Shown: positions 22,214 through 25,483 of the stretch, piece by piece
How positions within the stretch are numbered: position 1 is the stretch's first letter
How the letters are laid out: every line of letters starts with the position of its first letter
Virus record (IMG/VR): IMGVR_UViG_3300048562_000006
Location: 1 to 25,483 of that record
Length of the DNA stretch: 25,483 nt
Strand: one strand, 5' to 3'
From: a virus
Taxonomy: Duplodnaviria; Caudoviricetes
Notes under the pieces: model-generated
The model's database searches: none
The model's input: the letters and a program-made list of their open reading frames with translations, nothing else
What the model was told of the DNA's origin: nothing
Position numbers and translations under genes: made by a program

Positions 22214-24054
22214 GGTGTCTCCTCCGTCTCTACTAGAATGTTGTAAGTGTGCGTACCAGCCGTAGCACTCGACACCACGCTAACCGTCATTAGATCGCCA
22301 GCAGCAAACGCTACGCTATTCGTCAAGTCAGACGAGATACGGCTCGCATTTGTCAGCGTGCAGGTGACTCCGGTATTCGCACCGTTTTTGCGAATAGTGA
22401 TGACCGCATTCTGCCCAGCCGCAACCACCGTGTTGCTGCATACCCGCAGGTTCTTGACCGTGCAGGCTGGCATCGGGAACTGCACGTCAGATTCGGTTGC
22501 ACTGGCGTCGCCACTGCCATAGCCCGCCGCATAGCGGGTGGTATTCTGCGTCTGTCCGTAAGACGTGAAAACCTGAAAGCATGGAGCGTAGTAATCGGCA
22601 TCTGCTGCCACAATTGCAACTCCGGCAAATTCCCCGCCCACACTGCCGAGCACGTTGTAGATGTCGTCGGCGTCGAAAGTGCGGTGTTCATTTTCTTGGA
22701 TATGCCATGAAGTACCCGTGGCAACATCATTCCTTCTGATATTCAAACTGCCTGTGCTAATCAAGATATTTTTGAACAGCAGCTTGCAACCCGGCATGTT
22801 CAAGTCTGTCAAGATCGACGACAGCGAAACAGCCGCAGCAGTACCAGACTCAGTGAATTCAAAAGTCGTTCCAGCCTGCCCGCGATAGGGGATGACGCCA
22901 ACCCCACTCCCGTCTTCTCCGGTAAGTACAATACTCAGCCCCAAGTCAGTTGTGCTGCCGAACGTAGCCGAGGTTGTTGCCTTGAAAGAAATGCGCTCTC
23001 CTTCGTTGGCGTCGAAAGAGTGAGTAGTGTCTGAGGCCGTAGTGTTGCCAGCAGTCACCGTGCAGGTCAATACTGTATCAACATCGTTCAGTTGCGCGGT
23101 GATGACAATGGATTCGCCACCAGCAACAGCGGCGGACAGCTTCACGCGCAAACCAGAAACCTTGGCGTTTGCTGCCATGACGAAGTGATGATCCGCCGAG
23201 GCCGCCGATGCTTCACCAATAGAACCAAGCCACCGGTCATCGTTCTGTGTAAGATTGATGCCACCAGCTTTGAGGACGCCGACGCCTTTGGTGCCGAGTT
23301 TTCCTCCACTACCACCAGTAGCCGTAAGCGATCCAGCAGACAGAGACAACCCGCTCCCTACCGTAATTTCCTCAACAGCACCAGCAGAAGCCGTAGTCCT
23401 TCCGAGTAACCTAGCAGTATTCATCGTTATGCCGTCAGTTGTTACTGATCCAGGCGCAACGTAGTCCGTTCCTGACGCCGCAGCAGATATAACCCCGCTG
23501 GATGCCTTAATAATCCCTGTCGTGGTAGCTGATTTGATTAATTTGCCAGTAGTGCCATCGAACAAGACTATTTCACTAGCAACAGACGAAGCCGGGCCTA
23601 CTACGTCACCTGAGCCGCTAGGCGCAGTCCATGTGCCATTAGCTTTCAGGAATTTGTTAGCAGCAGCATCCCCTGCCGCTGGTGCCGGAACTAATCCTTT
23701 CGTTCCTCCAGCGCCAGAGTCGCCAACCATTGCATCGAGCAAGGCTGTTGCCTGTGTCGCGGTCAAGTCCTCGGGATCGCCAGAACCAGCAGTCGTTCTT
23801 CCTTTTATTGTTGCAGTTGATACATTGGCAAGCTTGGCGTTTGTTACAACGTCATTGTCTATCGTCATTGATGCGCCAGAACTAGCTACAGTAATGTCCC
23901 CCTTATCGCCGTCAGTAAGGCCAGCAGAAAGATCGCTTTCCGTGCCTGCGTCATCCTTTGCATACACCTTGCCGTCAGTTTTTGCATAAACGGCAACCGT
24001 TCCGGTTGATGGGGTAGCCGGAGCAGTACCTTCTGATAAGACAATTTGTGCCAT
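22210..24054 (-). CDS. Tail fibre / receptor-binding protein (614 aa)
   Basis: Ala/Gly/Ser/Thr-rich; fibre motifs GDKGDITV, VTNAKLANV and GTKGLVPAPAAG; two related C-terminal beta modules. Confidence 0.8.
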   Translation of the reverse strand: MAQIVLSEGTAPATPSTGTVAVYAKTDGKVYAKDDAGTESDLSAGLTDGDKGDITVASSGASMTIDNDVVTNAKLANVSTATIKGRTTAGSGDPEDLTATQATALLDAMVGDSGAGGTKGLVPAPAAGDAAANKFLKANGTWTAPSGSGDVVGPASSVASEIVLFDGTTGKLIKSATTTGIIKASSGVISAAASGTDYVAPGSVTTDGITMNTARLLGRTTASAGAVEEITVGSGLSLSAGSLTATGGSGGKLGTKGVGVLKAGGINLTQNDDRWLGSIGEASAASADHHFVMAANAKVSGLRVKLSAAVAGGESIVITAQLNDVDTVLTCTVTAGNTTASDTTHSFDANEGERISFKATTSATFGSTTDLGLSIVLTGEDGSGVGVIPYRGQAGTTFEFTESGTAAAVSLSSILTDLNMPGCKLLFKNILISTGSLNIRRNDVATGTSWHIQENEHRTFDADDIYNVLGSVGGEFAGVAIVAADADYYAPCFQVFTSYGQTQNTTRYAAGYGSGDASATESDVQFPMPACTVKNLRVCSNTVVAAGQNAVITIRKNGANTGVTCTLTNASRISSDLTNSVAFAAGDLMTVSVVSSATAGTHTYNILVETEETP

Positions 24055-25055
24055 TATGTTTTGATGATGTAGTTAAGGATTATTGTTGGCTGTACGTTTG
24101 AATGATACGAACTACCGCCTTCCGGATCAGTATAGTTGTTAGATGTGGTTTCTGTATGAGTCCCAACTGTAGTATGACCACGAGACCCTCCACCAGCAGT
24201 ATCTATTAATGTAAATTGCAAACCATGATAATGACTTGGTATTTGCGTTGTACTAAGTGCTACACCCTCTACGCCGCCCTTAAAACCAATAGCGCCACCA
24301 TCCATGCCTGCTGAAAGCGATCTAGTGAGCAAATCCGCGTAGCTACCTCCTAAGTTATCCCTTCCAGCAGGAACGCGACCGCGCATGTCTGGAAGGTTAA
24401 ATGTGGTGCTGCCGTCTCCATCACCGTAAGGAATGGATACGCATGTGTGCGTTCCTGAAGGAGACCCGGCTAGGTCTATAGCAGAAGAACCACTTGTAGC
24501 AATATCGTCAACTTTAAAAGTATCCGCAGCCCTATTGACTACATAATATGTAGTTCCAGCCGTAATCCCTGTCGGCAATGTCCCTGTGGTTGAGAAAACC
24601 ACCGGATCGCCATTCAAAAGACCGTGATCAGTCCATAAAACTGTATTTGCTGTAGTGTCAAACGTGACAGTAGACGACTTGTTAAATAGCGAGAATAACG
24701 CGGCATAAGTTGTCCTGCTTATGCTCTGCCCTCTACAAAAGAGCCATCCATCAGGCTCCGATCTTCCTGCGTATGGGATTACTGATCCAGTCGGCGTACT
24801 GCTAGGCTCAACCCAAGCGCCATCACCACGCCAAAATGTAGAAGAAGAAGCGGACGTTCCGCTATTCAGGTTGGTTACAGGGAGGTTTCCGGTAACTTCT
24901 GATGCTAGATTAATAGGCGTATCGGCAAGCGGCCCTGTCTCAGTCCCAGCGTCGTCTTTAAAATAAATCTTCCCGTCTGTCTTGGCATAAACAGCCACAC
25001 GATCCGCTTGCGGCGTGCTAGGTGCTGCCCCTTCCTTGAGAATTAACTGTGCCAT
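24054..25055 (-). CDS. Tail-collar-domain fibre protein (333 aa)
   Basis: [10 protein letters not shown]...[19 protein letters not shown]...[12 protein letters not shown]...[16 protein letters not shown]. Confidence 0.85.
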   Translation of the reverse strand: MAQLILKEGAAPSTPQADRVAVYAKTDGKIYFKDDAGTETGPLADTPINLASEVTGNLPVTNLNSGTSASSSTFWRGDGAWVEPSSTPTGSVIPYAGRSEPDGWLFCRGQSISRTTYAALFSLFNKSSTVTFDTTANTVLWTDHGLLNGDPVVFSTTGTLPTGITAGTTYYVVNRAADTFKVDDIATSGSSAIDLAGSPSGTHTCVSIPYGDGDGSTTFNLPDMRGRVPAGRDNLGGSYADLLTRSLSAGMDGGAIGFKGGVEGVALSTTQIPSHYHGLQFTLIDTAGGGSRGHTTVGTHTETTSNNYTDPEGGSSYHSNVQPTIILNYIIKT

Positions 25056-25474
25056 CAGAAAATGCCTACGTTGCCGTTATTCGTGAATGTTTCTTCAATT
25101 GTCAGATACCCGACAACCATGTAAGACTTGTCTACATCAATAGTTGTGGGTACTGAAATAACGTTGTTCGTCGTTCCGTCACCACTTCCCGAAGGAGTAT
25201 TCCATGTCAAATCACCACGAAGGTAAGTACTGCTATTCGCCGTTCCAGTCCCAAGATCAGCCGCAACAATGGCGCGGAAATCCGCTTGTGCATCAGCACC
25301 AGTAGTCGGGCCGGAAAGGAACGTATTTTTTACCACCGTCGGCTTAATAATCTGCGTCCAAAGAATCTGCCCCTCTACTGCAATACGATTCCATAGATTA
25401 CGTATCCAGCGGTCAAATACGTTTGCTTGCTCTACTGGCGGCGGCGGGCCTAGGGGTTGTTGGGCCATCGTCAA
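25055..25474 (-). CDS. Putative virion/tail protein (139 aa)
   Basis: TGATG coupling; [13 protein letters not shown] fibre motif; the start is near the window edge and uncertain. Confidence 0.7.
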   Translation of the reverse strand: MTMAQQPLGPPPPVEQANVFDRWIRNLWNRIAVEGQILWTQIIKPTVVKNTFLSGPTTGADAQADFRAIVAADLGTGTANSSTYLRGDLTWNTPSGSGDGTTNNVISVPTTIDVDKSYMVVGYLTIEETFTNNGNVGIF

Positions 25475-25483
25475 TACTCTCGC

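Noticed and set aside
22210-25474. Diversity-generating retroelement or invertible tail-fibre switch
   Set aside because: No reverse transcriptase, invertase or TR/VR repeat pair is visible.

Overview
A 25.5-kb segment of a tailed dsDNA phage. It looks podovirus-like from its P22-type portal, and a proteobacterial (possibly betaproteobacterial) host is my inference. From left to right it holds: the start of the packaging/late operon on the minus strand (terS, terL, portal); a 1-kb non-coding control region with a XerCD dif-like site, SlmA-, IHF- and Fur-like boxes and ori-like iterons; a short early operon containing two copies of a covarying hairpin-plus-pseudoknot RNA motif; a long leftward operon running from a Cro-like gene to a P4/D5-type primase-helicase; a rightward operon (pentapeptide-repeat protein, ERF); and the end of the late operon (tail fibres, holin-like gene, GH19 endolysin). 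The main discovery is an integron-like gene-cassette system built into the phage operons. There are 15 attC-type sites in three arrays (8+6+1 cassettes), and each array ends in a conserved attI-like site (TTAGG-N4-CTACTTC-N2-GTT). Every cassette gene is antisense to canonical integron polarity but co-oriented with the phage operon. The cargo is phage-type (DNA MTase, Lar-like, MazG-like, small hypotheticals), and no integrase is visible in the window. All calls were made by eye from the sequence and the ORF track; no searches were run.
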